A program made the position numbers and the translations under genes. A DNA stretch of 64,000 nucleotides from Clostridiales bacterium (GTDB lineage: Bacteria > Bacillota > Clostridia > Christensenellales > CAG-314). The stretch covers positions 2,328 to 66,327 of the forward strand of contig JAFLVL010000001.1 of NCBI GenBank assembly GCA_022508325.1, written 5' to 3'. Shown one piece after another: positions 9,126 through 17,532 of the stretch (its first letter is position 1; each line of letters opens with the position of its first letter). The notes beneath the pieces are model-generated. The model was not told where the DNA came from and ran no database searches. It saw only the letters and a list, made by a program, of their open reading frames with translations.

Positions 9126-10112
9126 TTAAATTTTGTTAGCTATTGTATTGTCAACAATGGTGTCGTAATCAACGCGCTTGCTCAGCTCGCCTGCATTCTC
9201 CATAATGTCTTGCATACGGTTGAACGCGTCCTTATTTGTCACGGGCGTTGTCATCCAAGTGTCAAATTTTTGGTAGTTGGAGATTGCCGAAGTAATGAGG
9301 TCAAGCGTCGTGCCGTCAAAGTATTTTTGTACCAGCTTTGCGCACTCTTCTGCCGTGTGACTCATGGCGTATTCCGTGCCCTTCCACACAGCTCGTAGGA
9401 ACTTTTCCACCTTGTCTGGGTGCTTAGACATAAAGTCTGCCGTTGCCGAGTAGCAAGTGTAGGGAATCTCGCCGCTGTCCATACCGATAGCCGAGAGAAT
9501 GTAGCCCTTACCTTCCTTGACAACCTGACTTGCCGCAGGTTCAAACAGAGGCACGTAGTCGCCTGTTCCGCCTGTGAACGCAGGACCCAACGCGCCGAAT
9601 TCGATAGAGTAATCCATTGTAATATTGTTGCCGTTGGTGTAGCCTTTGTTGTTCAAGACGTATTGCAGAATCATTGCGGGAGTACCGCCTTTGCGGCCCA
9701 TCAGCACCGTGCTGCCGTTGATGTTCGAGTAGTCGAAGTTCTCGACAGGTGCGCGACCTACCAAAAAGCTACCGTCGCGCTTGGTCAACTGCGCAATAAC
9801 CTTCGGAAAGTCCTTTTTGCCTTGTAAGTATACGTAAATATTTGCCTCACAGCCCATGAGTCCTATGTCAGCCTCACCTGTCAACAGTGCCGTCATAACA
9901 TTGTCTGCGCCGCCGCCGTTGGTGACTTCTACCTCAATTCCTTCCTCTTCGAAATAACCCAACGCCATAGCAAGATATTGCGGCGTGTAGAACAAGCTGT
10001 GAGTAACTTCGTTTAGACGTATTACGTTTTCGTTTCTATTACAAGCGGCAATGCCCACAGCGAGCGTCGCCACAAGCAATATTGCCAAAACAACTGTAAA
10101 TATTTTTTTCAA
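9126..10112 (-). CDS. ABC substrate-binding lipoprotein (NMT1/THI5- or SsuA-like)
   Basis: 328-aa ORF with signal peptide and lipobox (LAVGIAAC). It is the first gene of a three-gene transporter operon. Confidence 0.8.
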   Translation of the reverse strand: MKKIFTVVLAILLVATLAVGIAACNRNENVIRLNEVTHSLFYTPQYLAMALGYFEEEGIEVEVTNGGGADNVMTALLTGEADIGLMGCEANIYVYLQGKKDFPKVIAQLTKRDGSFLVGRAPVENFDYSNINGSTVLMGRKGGTPAMILQYVLNNKGYTNGNNITMDYSIEFGALGPAFTGGTGDYVPLFEPAASQVVKEGKGYILSAIGMDSGEIPYTCYSATADFMSKHPDKVEKFLRAVWKGTEYAMSHTAEECAKLVQKYFDGTTLDLITSAISNYQKFDTWMTTPVTNKDAFNRMQDIMENAGELSKRVDYDTIVDNTIANKI

Positions 10113-10188
10113 ATTAATCCTCCTAATAGTGTTAAAGCTTCAAATGCCTTATTGCATACTACTATTTTCCTTTAAAAAATGTTAATCT

Positions 10189-10298
10189 GCTCGGGTATTC
10201 GCCTGAAAAAAGGCTTCGACACGCAAAGGACGAAGGGCGCGTGTCTCCAGAAAATTTTCAGTCGAACACCCTCGCCTCTGTAGGAAGTCACCTCTAAA
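10189..10298 (+). repeat. nested-hairpin intergenic repeat, copy A
   Basis: GCTCGGGTATTCG-CCTGAAAA...TTTTCAG-TCGAACACCCTCGCC, followed by the conserved 3' flank TCTGTAGGAAGTCACCTCTAA. Confidence 0.8.
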
Positions 10299-10326
10299 AA
10301 AGCCGTCCATAAACACGGCTATATGC

Positions 10327-10355
10327 TTGCAAAATTGCCTATTCTGTACTAAAAT
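10327..10355 (+). promoter_or_regulatory. sigma-A-type promoter for valS
   Basis: TTGCAA (10327-32), 17-nt spacer, TAAAAT (10350-55). SD GTGAGGA lies before the ATG at 10400. Confidence 0.6.
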
Positions 10356-10399
10356 GATTAATACAAATAAACTGTTTTATCTTGTGAGGACAAACAAAT

Positions 10400-13012
10400 A
10401 TGCTAGACAAAACCTATCAACCGTCAACGTTTGAGAGCAAACTGTACGAAAATTGGATGAAAAAGGGCTATTTTACCCCCAAGGCTGAGATTGGCAAGCC
10501 ATATTTTTCATTGGTTTCGCCTCCTCCCAACATTACCGGGCAGTTGCACCTCGGACACGGACTTGATAATGCCATAATGGATACGCTCGTACGCTTCAAG
10601 CGTATGCAAGGCTACAACACTCTTTGGCTACCTGGCACCGACCACGCCAGCATTGCGACGGAAGTCAAAATCGTTGAGGCGTTGAAGGCAGAGGGCATCG
10701 ACAAACGCGAATTGGGTAGAGAAGGTTTCCTCGTGCGCGCATGGCAATGGAAGGAAAAATACGGTGGTAGAATCGTCGAACAGCTCAAAAAGCTGGGCAG
10801 TAGCTGTGACTGGTCTCGCCTTGCCTTCACAATGGACGAACAATGCAGTCTCGCCGTTCGCAAACAATTCGTGTCAATGTACAAAAAGGGGTTGATTTAT
10901 CGCGGTAGCCGCATAATTAACTGGTGCCCTGTGTGCAGAACGGCATTGTCCGACGCAGAAGTAGAGTATGCCGAACAGGACGGCTTTTTCTGGCATTACG
11001 GCTATACGACGCCCGATGGCAGTACAACCGTGACCTTTGCAACCACTCGACCCGAGACCATGCTCGGCGACACGGCAGTTGCAGTCAATCCCAACGACCC
11101 GCGTTACACGCACTTGGTTGGCAAAACGGTAGTAGTCCCATTCGTCAACCGTGAAATACCTGTCATCGCCGACGAATACGTTGATATGGAATTCGGCACA
11201 GGTGTTGTCAAAATCACCCCGGCGCACGATCCCAACGACTTCGAAGTGGGGGTTCGCCACAATCTGCCTGTCATTCGCGTAATGAACGACGACGGTACGA
11301 TGAACGAAAACGCAGGCGAATTTGCAGGACTTGACCGTTACGAGGCTAGGAAACGCATAGTTGCAAAGCTCAAAGAAATGGGCATTTTGCAAAAGGTAGA
11401 GCCGCACAAGCACAACGTCGGCAGTTGCTATCGCTGTCACACGACGGTAGAGCCGATAGTATCAAAGCAATGGTTTGTCAAAATGCAACCTTTGGCAGAG
11501 CCGGCAATCGAGGCTGTGAAGAACGGCGACGTCACCTTCCACCCCGAACGCTTTGAAAAGACCTACTTTAATTGGATGGAGAATATTCGCGATTGGTGCA
11601 TTTCCCGTCAACTGTGGTGGGGACACCGCATTCCGGTGTGGTATTGCGACGACTGCGGCGCGGAAATTTGCGAAGAAGACGACCCAACCGTCTGTCCCAA
11701 CTGCGGCAGTCACCATATTCACCAAGACGAGGACGTCCTCGACACTTGGTTTAGTTCTGCGCTTTGGCCATTCTCGACGCTTGGCTACTGCACGGACAGC
11801 GACGACTTCAAGGCATTCTTCCCAACGACCGTGCTTTCATGTGGCTACGACATAATATTCTTCTGGGTTGCACGCATGATATTCAGCTCTCTGTACGCAA
11901 CGGGCAAACCACCGTTCCACGATGTGTTGATGCACGGTATAGTGCGCGACGAGCAAGGGCGCAAGATGAGCAAATCTCTCGGCAACGGCGTTGACCCTGT
12001 GGAATTTATCGACCAATACGGCGCAGATACATTGCGTTTTGCATTGATTAACGGCGTAGCCAACGGTTCGGACATTCGTTTCTCGCCCGACAAAATCGAA
12101 GGCACGCGCAATTTCATGAATAAAATATGGAATGCAAGCCGATTCGTGCTGATGAACGTCGAGGGCAAAAAGCTCGTTGACGTCAAAAAGTGCTCGCTAT
12201 CCCTTGCCGACAAGTGGATTCTGACTAAGCTCAACGACACGGTAAAGCAAGTCACCGAGCTTATGGAGAAATTCGAGTTGGGTATGGCTGCGCAATGCTT
12301 GTACGACTTTGTTTGGAGCGAATTCTGCGATTGGTATATCGAATTTACCAAGCCTGTGCTTTATGGCACGGACGAAGAGGCGCGTTTGACGACTCTGTCG
12401 GTATTGAACTACGTTTTGGATCAGATTTTGAAGCTACTGCACCCATTCGTCCCCTTCATTACAGAAAAGATTTATCAGGAAATGCCGTCTCACCGTGGCA
12501 GTATAATGACGAAAAAGTTCCCGAAGGTTGTGAAGCGCTTGAACTTCAAGCAAGATTGCGAGTTGGTAGAGGAGCTGAAAGAGCTTGTTTCGAAAATTCG
12601 CAACATTCGTTCGGAATACGGCGTCGTACCCTCCAAGCGTATTCGCCTCTACATTGTGGCAAACGACGAGCGTATTAAGGAATGTAGCGTATACCTCGCC
12701 AAACTTTGCGGACTGGAAGAAGTGGTGTTCGAACACGCCCCCGCGGCAGAAAAGACCGTCAAAGCAGTGACTACTGCCGCAACCTGCGAAGTGCCACTTG
12801 GCGACCTTGTAGACAAAGATAAGGAAATCGAGCGGCTCAATAAAGAATTGGAAAACGTCAACAACGAGATTATTCGCGCAGAAGGCAAGCTGAACAATCA
12901 GGGATTTTTGGCAAAGGCGCCCGCCCAACTAGTCGAAGCGGAAAAGGCAAAACTGGCGAAATTCCGTGAACTGAAAGCACAACTCGACGCCCGCCTCGCC
13001 GAACTCGCCTAG
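10400..13012 (+). CDS. valS: valine--tRNA ligase
   Basis: 870-aa ORF with HIGH region PNITGQLHLGH, KMSKS motif and a C-terminal coiled coil. Confidence 0.98.
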   Translation: MLDKTYQPSTFESKLYENWMKKGYFTPKAEIGKPYFSLVSPPPNITGQLHLGHGLDNAIMDTLVRFKRMQGYNTLWLPGTDHASIATEVKIVEALKAEGIDKRELGREGFLVRAWQWKEKYGGRIVEQLKKLGSSCDWSRLAFTMDEQCSLAVRKQFVSMYKKGLIYRGSRIINWCPVCRTALSDAEVEYAEQDGFFWHYGYTTPDGSTTVTFATTRPETMLGDTAVAVNPNDPRYTHLVGKTVVVPFVNREIPVIADEYVDMEFGTGVVKITPAHDPNDFEVGVRHNLPVIRVMNDDGTMNENAGEFAGLDRYEARKRIVAKLKEMGILQKVEPHKHNVGSCYRCHTTVEPIVSKQWFVKMQPLAEPAIEAVKNGDVTFHPERFEKTYFNWMENIRDWCISRQLWWGHRIPVWYCDDCGAEICEEDDPTVCPNCGSHHIHQDEDVLDTWFSSALWPFSTLGYCTDSDDFKAFFPTTVLSCGYDIIFFWVARMIFSSLYATGKPPFHDVLMHGIVRDEQGRKMSKSLGNGVDPVEFIDQYGADTLRFALINGVANGSDIRFSPDKIEGTRNFMNKIWNASRFVLMNVEGKKLVDVKKCSLSLADKWILTKLNDTVKQVTELMEKFELGMAAQCLYDFVWSEFCDWYIEFTKPVLYGTDEEARLTTLSVLNYVLDQILKLLHPFVPFITEKIYQEMPSHRGSIMTKKFPKVVKRLNFKQDCELVEELKELVSKIRNIRSEYGVVPSKRIRLYIVANDERIKECSVYLAKLCGLEEVVFEHAPAAEKTVKAVTTAATCEVPLGDLVDKDKEIERLNKELENVNNEIIRAEGKLNNQGFLAKAPAQLVEAEKAKLAKFRELKAQLDARLAELA

Positions 13013-13087
13013 TCGGTGATATAACAGGTAAATAAAGCGGCAATTTGGCTAAAATGACTGCAATTATGCCATAATTTGCCAAATTGC

Positions 13088-13111
13088 AGAATACTATTTC
13101 AGACATAATAT
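13088..13111. repeat. copy P1 of the ACTATTTCAGACATAGTAT palindrome (3' arm degenerate)
   Basis: AGAATACTATTTCAGACATAATAT. One substitution in the 19-nt core. Confidence 0.7.
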
Positions 13112-13296
13112 ATAATAGTTGAATAAAAGCCTAAAAAAGAGTGCACACTCACTACAACGAGCGCGCACTTTTTTTTGAGTTTGTACATAGTCTAAAAACA
13201 GAGCAATTGGTCTTTATATTTGGGCTTGTTGCTTGAACGTCAACGGTGGAAGTGTCGCGCCTCAGCTAGAAGTTGAGTAAATAAGGAGCGCGAACC

Positions 13297-13641
13297 GTGA
13301 TTAAACGAGGAGAAATTTATTACGCTGATCTCAATCCTGTTGTGGGCAGCGAACAGGGAGGCATACGCCCGATAATAGTATTGCAAAACGACGTAGGAAA
13401 CAAGTACAGTCCAACCGTGATTGCCGCCGCTACTACGTCCCGACTTACCAAAGCCAAATTGCCTACGCATATCGAGTTGACCAGGGAAAACACGCCCATG
13501 CCAAAAGACTCGGTAGTGCTGTTAGAGCAAATCCGCACGATAGACAAAAGTAGAATTAAAGAAAAAATTGGCGAGCTTCCGCCCGACGTTATGCAACAAA
13601 TAAACGACGCATTGCTTGTTAGCCTTGGCTTTTACTCTTAA
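13297..13641 (+). CDS. mazF: MazF/EndoA (PemK-family) endoribonuclease toxin
   Basis: 114-aa ORF, GTG start with GGAG 9 nt upstream. Closely resembles B. subtilis EndoA along its whole length (ADLNPVVGSEQGGIRP, LPTHIEL, LLEQIRTIDK). Confidence 0.9.
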   Translation: MIKRGEIYYADLNPVVGSEQGGIRPIIVLQNDVGNKYSPTVIAAATTSRLTKAKLPTHIELTRENTPMPKDSVVLLEQIRTIDKSRIKEKIGELPPDVMQQINDALLVSLGFYS

Positions 13642-13660
13642 TGGAGCCAAGGCTTTTTTG
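13621..13660 (+). terminator. intrinsic terminator after mazF
   Basis: Perfect 10-bp stem AGCCTTGGCT/AGCCAAGGCT followed by TTTTTT. The 5' arm lies in the last codons of mazF. Confidence 0.8.
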
Positions 13661-13785
13661 CGCAAAAATTTTCGGGAAATCGCCAAAATTTGCGTAAACT
13701 GAAATGCTTTTTGACCGCTTGATAATTGACACAGTTAATTAAAAATAGTAGAATATTATTTAATTAACATAAGAAGGTACTCGAT

Positions 13786-15330
13786 ATGACTAATTTACTG
13801 TGCGAAACTGTCTGGCGCGATATGCGCTTCGGCTTTGGCACTGCGGACAACGGACACCCCGCGCTGTTCTTGTTCGATCTGCCAATCTATGTGTACGCGC
13901 TGTGTATCGTCACAGGTATGTGCTTGGCAGTTCTCATTGCGGGATTGTATTTCAAAAAGCGTGGCTACGACCCCTACGATATAGCGATATACGCACTGGT
14001 AATCATTCCGATAGGCGTTCTGGGCGCGCGTGCTTACGTTTACGTATTCCCTTGGTCGGGACACTCTGCCAACTGGTCGACGTACTTCGAGTTCCGTAGT
14101 GGCGGCTTGGGTATTTACGGTGGTGTAATAATGGGCTATGTTGCCGCATTCGTGCTGGCAAAAATCAAAAAACAAGATTTCCGCATTGTCACAGACAGCA
14201 TTATGCCCGGAGTTTTGATTGCGCAGAGTATCGGTCGTTGGGGCAACTTCGCCAACCAAGAGGCGTTCGGCAACCTGATTACGCGTAGCTACGACGAACT
14301 GGCGCACGCAAGCAGCGGTATATTCGCCCGCTTCAACGGTTACGCCGTCTGGATTGGTCGGTTGGGCGCAAGTCCCACCGGCGGTTGGTATCAGGCAACC
14401 TTCTTTTACGAAAGTGTGTGTACGTTCATCGGATTTCTTATCTGTGTACTTGTTCTTACTCGTAGCAAGCGCTACAAGCTCGGTTGGTGCACGGCGTTCT
14501 ACGGCATTTACTACGGTATCGTCCGTTTGATAATCGAAGGATTCCGCACGGACAGCCTGTTTTTGTGGATCGGAACGCGCCAAACAGACATCAAAATTTC
14601 CCAGCTCGTCTCGATTTTTGCGATAGTGTTGGGATTGTGGACGCTGACCAAAATCTACCGCCGAGAATTGCACGCTTTGTACAAAAAATTGTTCAAAAAC
14701 GACCTCGACGAAATGGCAAAATCGCGTTGGATTTTGTTGGCGCTGTCAATAGTCCTTTTGGGCGTAGGCGTAACAATGTTTGCTCTCGGTGGAGAAAGCA
14801 AATTCATTATCGGCTTTTTCGCAACGGTTCTCGCGGTCTATTCGGCGCTCGGCGTGTGGTCGCTCTTTGACAGAATGAAGTTGTATTGCAAAGATTGCTC
14901 CGAATGTCACGTACCTGCAGAACTTTGGCAGACGGCAAGACAGAAGCATTTTGTAGCAACCGTATGTTATTCGGTGGCAATAGCTTTGCTCATCGGCTTT
15001 GGATTGTTCAGCCTTATCAAATGGGGTATAATTGACGACGTTCCCAACGGTACGGTGTTGATGGTTGTATGCTTTGCGGTGGCAATAGCGATTACAATTT
15101 GGAGATTCCTGCCCGAATACAAGGCCTTCGTAGCGTCGCCTAAGGACGGCGAAACAGGCGCAATAAAGGTCACTTGCAGCTGTGGCGCAACTCATGAAGT
15201 CAAGCTCAACAAGTTTCTACTGTTCGTATTCCCGCCCAAAACCTATCTCGATTACGGCGTGGAACACTTGAAACCGTGGGTAGACCCCGAAAAGCAGAAT
15301 AAACAAAAGAAAAAGAATAAAACCGTGTAA
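13786..15330 (+). CDS. lgt: prolipoprotein diacylglyceryl transferase with about 215-aa C-terminal 4-TM extension
   Basis: Lgt signature GIYGGVIMG ... GRWGNFANQEAFG in the first about 295 aa. The extension carries C-x2-C-x2-C and C-x-C clusters. Confidence 0.85.
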   Translation: MTNLLCETVWRDMRFGFGTADNGHPALFLFDLPIYVYALCIVTGMCLAVLIAGLYFKKRGYDPYDIAIYALVIIPIGVLGARAYVYVFPWSGHSANWSTYFEFRSGGLGIYGGVIMGYVAAFVLAKIKKQDFRIVTDSIMPGVLIAQSIGRWGNFANQEAFGNLITRSYDELAHASSGIFARFNGYAVWIGRLGASPTGGWYQATFFYESVCTFIGFLICVLVLTRSKRYKLGWCTAFYGIYYGIVRLIIEGFRTDSLFLWIGTRQTDIKISQLVSIFAIVLGLWTLTKIYRRELHALYKKLFKNDLDEMAKSRWILLALSIVLLGVGVTMFALGGESKFIIGFFATVLAVYSALGVWSLFDRMKLYCKDCSECHVPAELWQTARQKHFVATVCYSVAIALLIGFGLFSLIKWGIIDDVPNGTVLMVVCFAVAIAITIWRFLPEYKAFVASPKDGETGAIKVTCSCGATHEVKLNKFLLFVFPPKTYLDYGVEHLKPWVDPEKQNKQKKKNKTV

Positions 15331-15347
15331 AAGGCGCAACTGTCTAC

Positions 15348-15431
15348 GGCTCGGGTAATTCGCCTGGTGACTTAGGTGCTTCGCAATGCGCCCCAGTCGA
15401 ACACTCTCGCCTGTATAAGTGCTACCTCTAA
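15348..15431 (+). repeat. nested-hairpin intergenic repeat, copy B
   Basis: GGCTCGGGTAATTCG-CCTGG...CCAG-TCGAACACTCTCGCC plus flank TGTATAAGTGCTACCTCTAAC. Confidence 0.8.
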
Positions 15432-15452
15432 CATAGTTACATAGGGAAAAAT

Positions 15453-16934
15453 ATGAGAAATCTTACTTTACTGACAGACTTTTACGAATTAACGATGATG
15501 TATGGCTACTTTCTTCAGGGCAAGACGGACGAAGTGGCAACCTTTGACCTCTTTTTCCGTCCGTTTGACGAAAGTAACTTTTGCATAGCCGCAGGACTGG
15601 AACAAGCGATAGAGTACGTCGAAAACCTGCATTTCAGCGACGACGATATAGACTATCTGCGTAGCACAAAGGCATTCAACGAGGACTTTTTGAATTTCCT
15701 CAAGGATTTTAAGTTCACAGGCACTATACGCGCAATACCCGAAGGCACGGTCGTGTTTCCCTACGAGCCATTGATGATTATGACTGCGCCGATATGTCAG
15801 GCGCAACTGGTCGAGGCGGCGTTACTCAATATTATCAATTTCCAGACGCTTATAGCTACAAAGGCGCGTAGGGTCTGCCACGCGGCAACTCCTGCGTCGG
15901 TACTTGAATTCGGACTAAGACGCGCGCAAGGACCCGACGCGGCTATATACGGAGCAAGGGCGGCAGTTATCGGCGGATGCAGTTCTACAAGCAACGTCTT
16001 GTGCGCGCAAATGTTCGATATGCCTCCAAAGGGCACTCACGCCCACAGTTGGGTGATGTCTTTTCCTACGGAGCTGGACGCTTTCATGGCTTACGCCGAC
16101 ACCTATCCGGACAATTGCCTGTTGCTCGTAGATACCTACGACACGTTGGGCAGCGGTGTACCTAACGCTATCAAAGTCTTCGATTACCTGAAGGCGAAAG
16201 GACACAAGCCTATCGGTATTCGCCTAGACAGCGGCGACCTAGCCTATCTTTCCAAGCAGGCGCGCGTAATGCTTGACGAAGCGGGACATACCGATTGCAA
16301 AATCTTTGCCAGCTCGGATATTGACGAGTACGTGCTTGAATCGTTGAAGCAGCAAGACGCCAAGATTGACATATACGGCGTCGGCACGAAGATGATAACA
16401 AGCAACAACACTCCAAGTCTCGGCGGAGTGTACAAGCTATGCAATATTTCGTCAAATGGCGTGGAAACTCCAAAGATGAAGATATCCGACAATCCCATAA
16501 AGATGACCAACCCCGGAATCAAAACCGTGTTCAGATTGTTCGGACGGGATACCAATAAGGCTATTGCCGACGTGATATGCCTTGTCGGCGAAACAATCGA
16601 CGACACCAAGCCACTTACGATAACGCACCCTGTGGAGCGTTGGAAGACCAAAGAAGTAGTGAACTTTTACGCGAAAGAACTTTACGACACCGTGATGGTG
16701 GACGGCAAGCGGACGTACAAAAGCAAGAGCGTTTATCAACTCCAAAAGGACTGCCAAGCTAGCCTTGACGGATTCTGGGATGAGTACAAGCGCCTTTCAA
16801 ATCCGCATGACTACAAGGTGGATTTGTCTGACAACCTGTACGCGCTCAAACAACGACTAATCTTGAATGAGCGTAAGGGGAAAGGCAATGAAGTTCAAAA
16901 AGGTTCTTCGCGGGTACGACCCAAAAGAAGTTAA
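15453..16934 (+). CDS. pncB: nicotinate phosphoribosyltransferase
   Basis: 493-aa ORF with NAPRTase N-terminus LTDFYELTMM and conserved GTHAHSWV. Confidence 0.9.
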   Translation: MRNLTLLTDFYELTMMYGYFLQGKTDEVATFDLFFRPFDESNFCIAAGLEQAIEYVENLHFSDDDIDYLRSTKAFNEDFLNFLKDFKFTGTIRAIPEGTVVFPYEPLMIMTAPICQAQLVEAALLNIINFQTLIATKARRVCHAATPASVLEFGLRRAQGPDAAIYGARAAVIGGCSSTSNVLCAQMFDMPPKGTHAHSWVMSFPTELDAFMAYADTYPDNCLLLVDTYDTLGSGVPNAIKVFDYLKAKGHKPIGIRLDSGDLAYLSKQARVMLDEAGHTDCKIFASSDIDEYVLESLKQQDAKIDIYGVGTKMITSNNTPSLGGVYKLCNISSNGVETPKMKISDNPIKMTNPGIKTVFRLFGRDTNKAIADVICLVGETIDDTKPLTITHPVERWKTKEVVNFYAKELYDTVMVDGKRTYKSKSVYQLQKDCQASLDGFWDEYKRLSNPHDYKVDLSDNLYALKQRLILNERKGKGNEVQKGSSRVRPKRS

Positions 16935-17463
16935 CAAATTCCTGACGGAAACAGCGGCAAAAGAGCAGGAAATTCGCGTATCGCAGAAGGAGCGTATCGC
17001 GGAGCTAACTGAGGAAAACAGAGCTTTGAGAAAGCTGGTTCGGCAGTATCACGCCGACGAGCAAGCTATTTCAAACTCGTTGATTGCGTCGCAAAATCTC
17101 GCGCAGGAAGTGAGGCATGACGCCGACAAGTATTCCGAATTCGTTCTGACACGCGCCAAGATTTTTTGCGCAAGCTGGCGCGCGTACTCGCGAACGCTTG
17201 TTGCTGCGCTATCTGACGATGAGGTGCGCGAGCTAAATTTGTTGCAACGCAAAATTGAGAATCTTATCAGCGCCTACGAGGGCAAAGAAGCTCTTGCAGA
17301 GGTGGTAGCGGCAGCAGCCAATCCGGACAAAAAACACGGTTTTTCTAACCCCATATCAAAAATTGAGGACGCCGGCGAGCAAATAATTGACCTCAATGAG
17401 CTCACCAATCCCACCCAATCTTTAGAAGAAATCTGCGCCGAATTAGGAATAATTAAGAAGTAA
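16888..17463 (+). CDS. DivIVA-domain protein
   Basis: MKFKKVLRGYDPKEVNKFL matches the DivIVA N-terminal motif, followed by a coiled coil. AAGGGGA lies upstream of the ATG at 16888. Overlaps the pncB 3' end. Confidence 0.75.
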   Translation: MKFKKVLRGYDPKEVNKFLTETAAKEQEIRVSQKERIAELTEENRALRKLVRQYHADEQAISNSLIASQNLAQEVRHDADKYSEFVLTRAKIFCASWRAYSRTLVAALSDDEVRELNLLQRKIENLISAYEGKEALAEVVAAAANPDKKHGFSNPISKIEDAGEQIIDLNELTNPTQSLEEICAELGIIKK

Positions 17464-17474
17464 TCGAAAAAAAT

Positions 17475-17527
17475 GCTCCCCTTAGCAAGGGGAGCTGTCA
17501 TCGCAAGATGACTGAGGGAATTGTAAT
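17475..17527 (+). other. two-hairpin conserved motif, copy 1 (candidate structured RNA)
   Basis: P1 is GCTCCCCTT/AAGGGGAGC. P2 is GTCATC-GCAA-GATGAC. Conserved tail is CTGAGGGAATTGTAAT. The second copy is at 42885..42938. Confidence 0.45.
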
Positions 17528-17532
17528 ATAAC

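Noticed and set aside
10113-10399. A T-box leader for valS (and likewise for tyrS at 46840-46883), and a TPP riboswitch for the NMT1/THI5-like transporter operon on the minus strand.
   Set aside because: The valS promoter at 10327-55 leaves only about a 40-nt 5' UTR, and tyrS has a 44-nt spacer. Both are too short for a T-box, and no AGGGTGGTACCGCG-like T-box sequence is seen. No CTGAGA/ACCTGATCTGGATAATGCCAGCG-type TPP core is present on the minus strand. The region is occupied by repeat copy A.
13795-14673. Long antisense ORFs opposite real genes. Examples are 13795-14673 (292 aa, opposite lgt), 34590-35453 (287 aa, opposite the giant gene), 3877-4452, 10874-11440, 44426-45055, 46908-47468, 46257-46844 and 28696-29292.
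   Set aside because: Each lies entirely inside, and antisense to, a gene with strong family signatures. Their translations are low-complexity or Arg/Cys-rich with no motifs, no SDs and no independent intergenic context. They are typical shadow ORFs.
16888-16934. A 47-nt overlap between the pncB 3' end and the DivIVA-domain gene, as a possible frameshift or fusion.
   Set aside because: Both reading frames give full-length family-typical proteins, and the DivIVA ORF has its own SD (AAGGGGA). A plain overlap is sufficient. The pncB C-terminal 15 aa are unconserved-looking but the frame is open.
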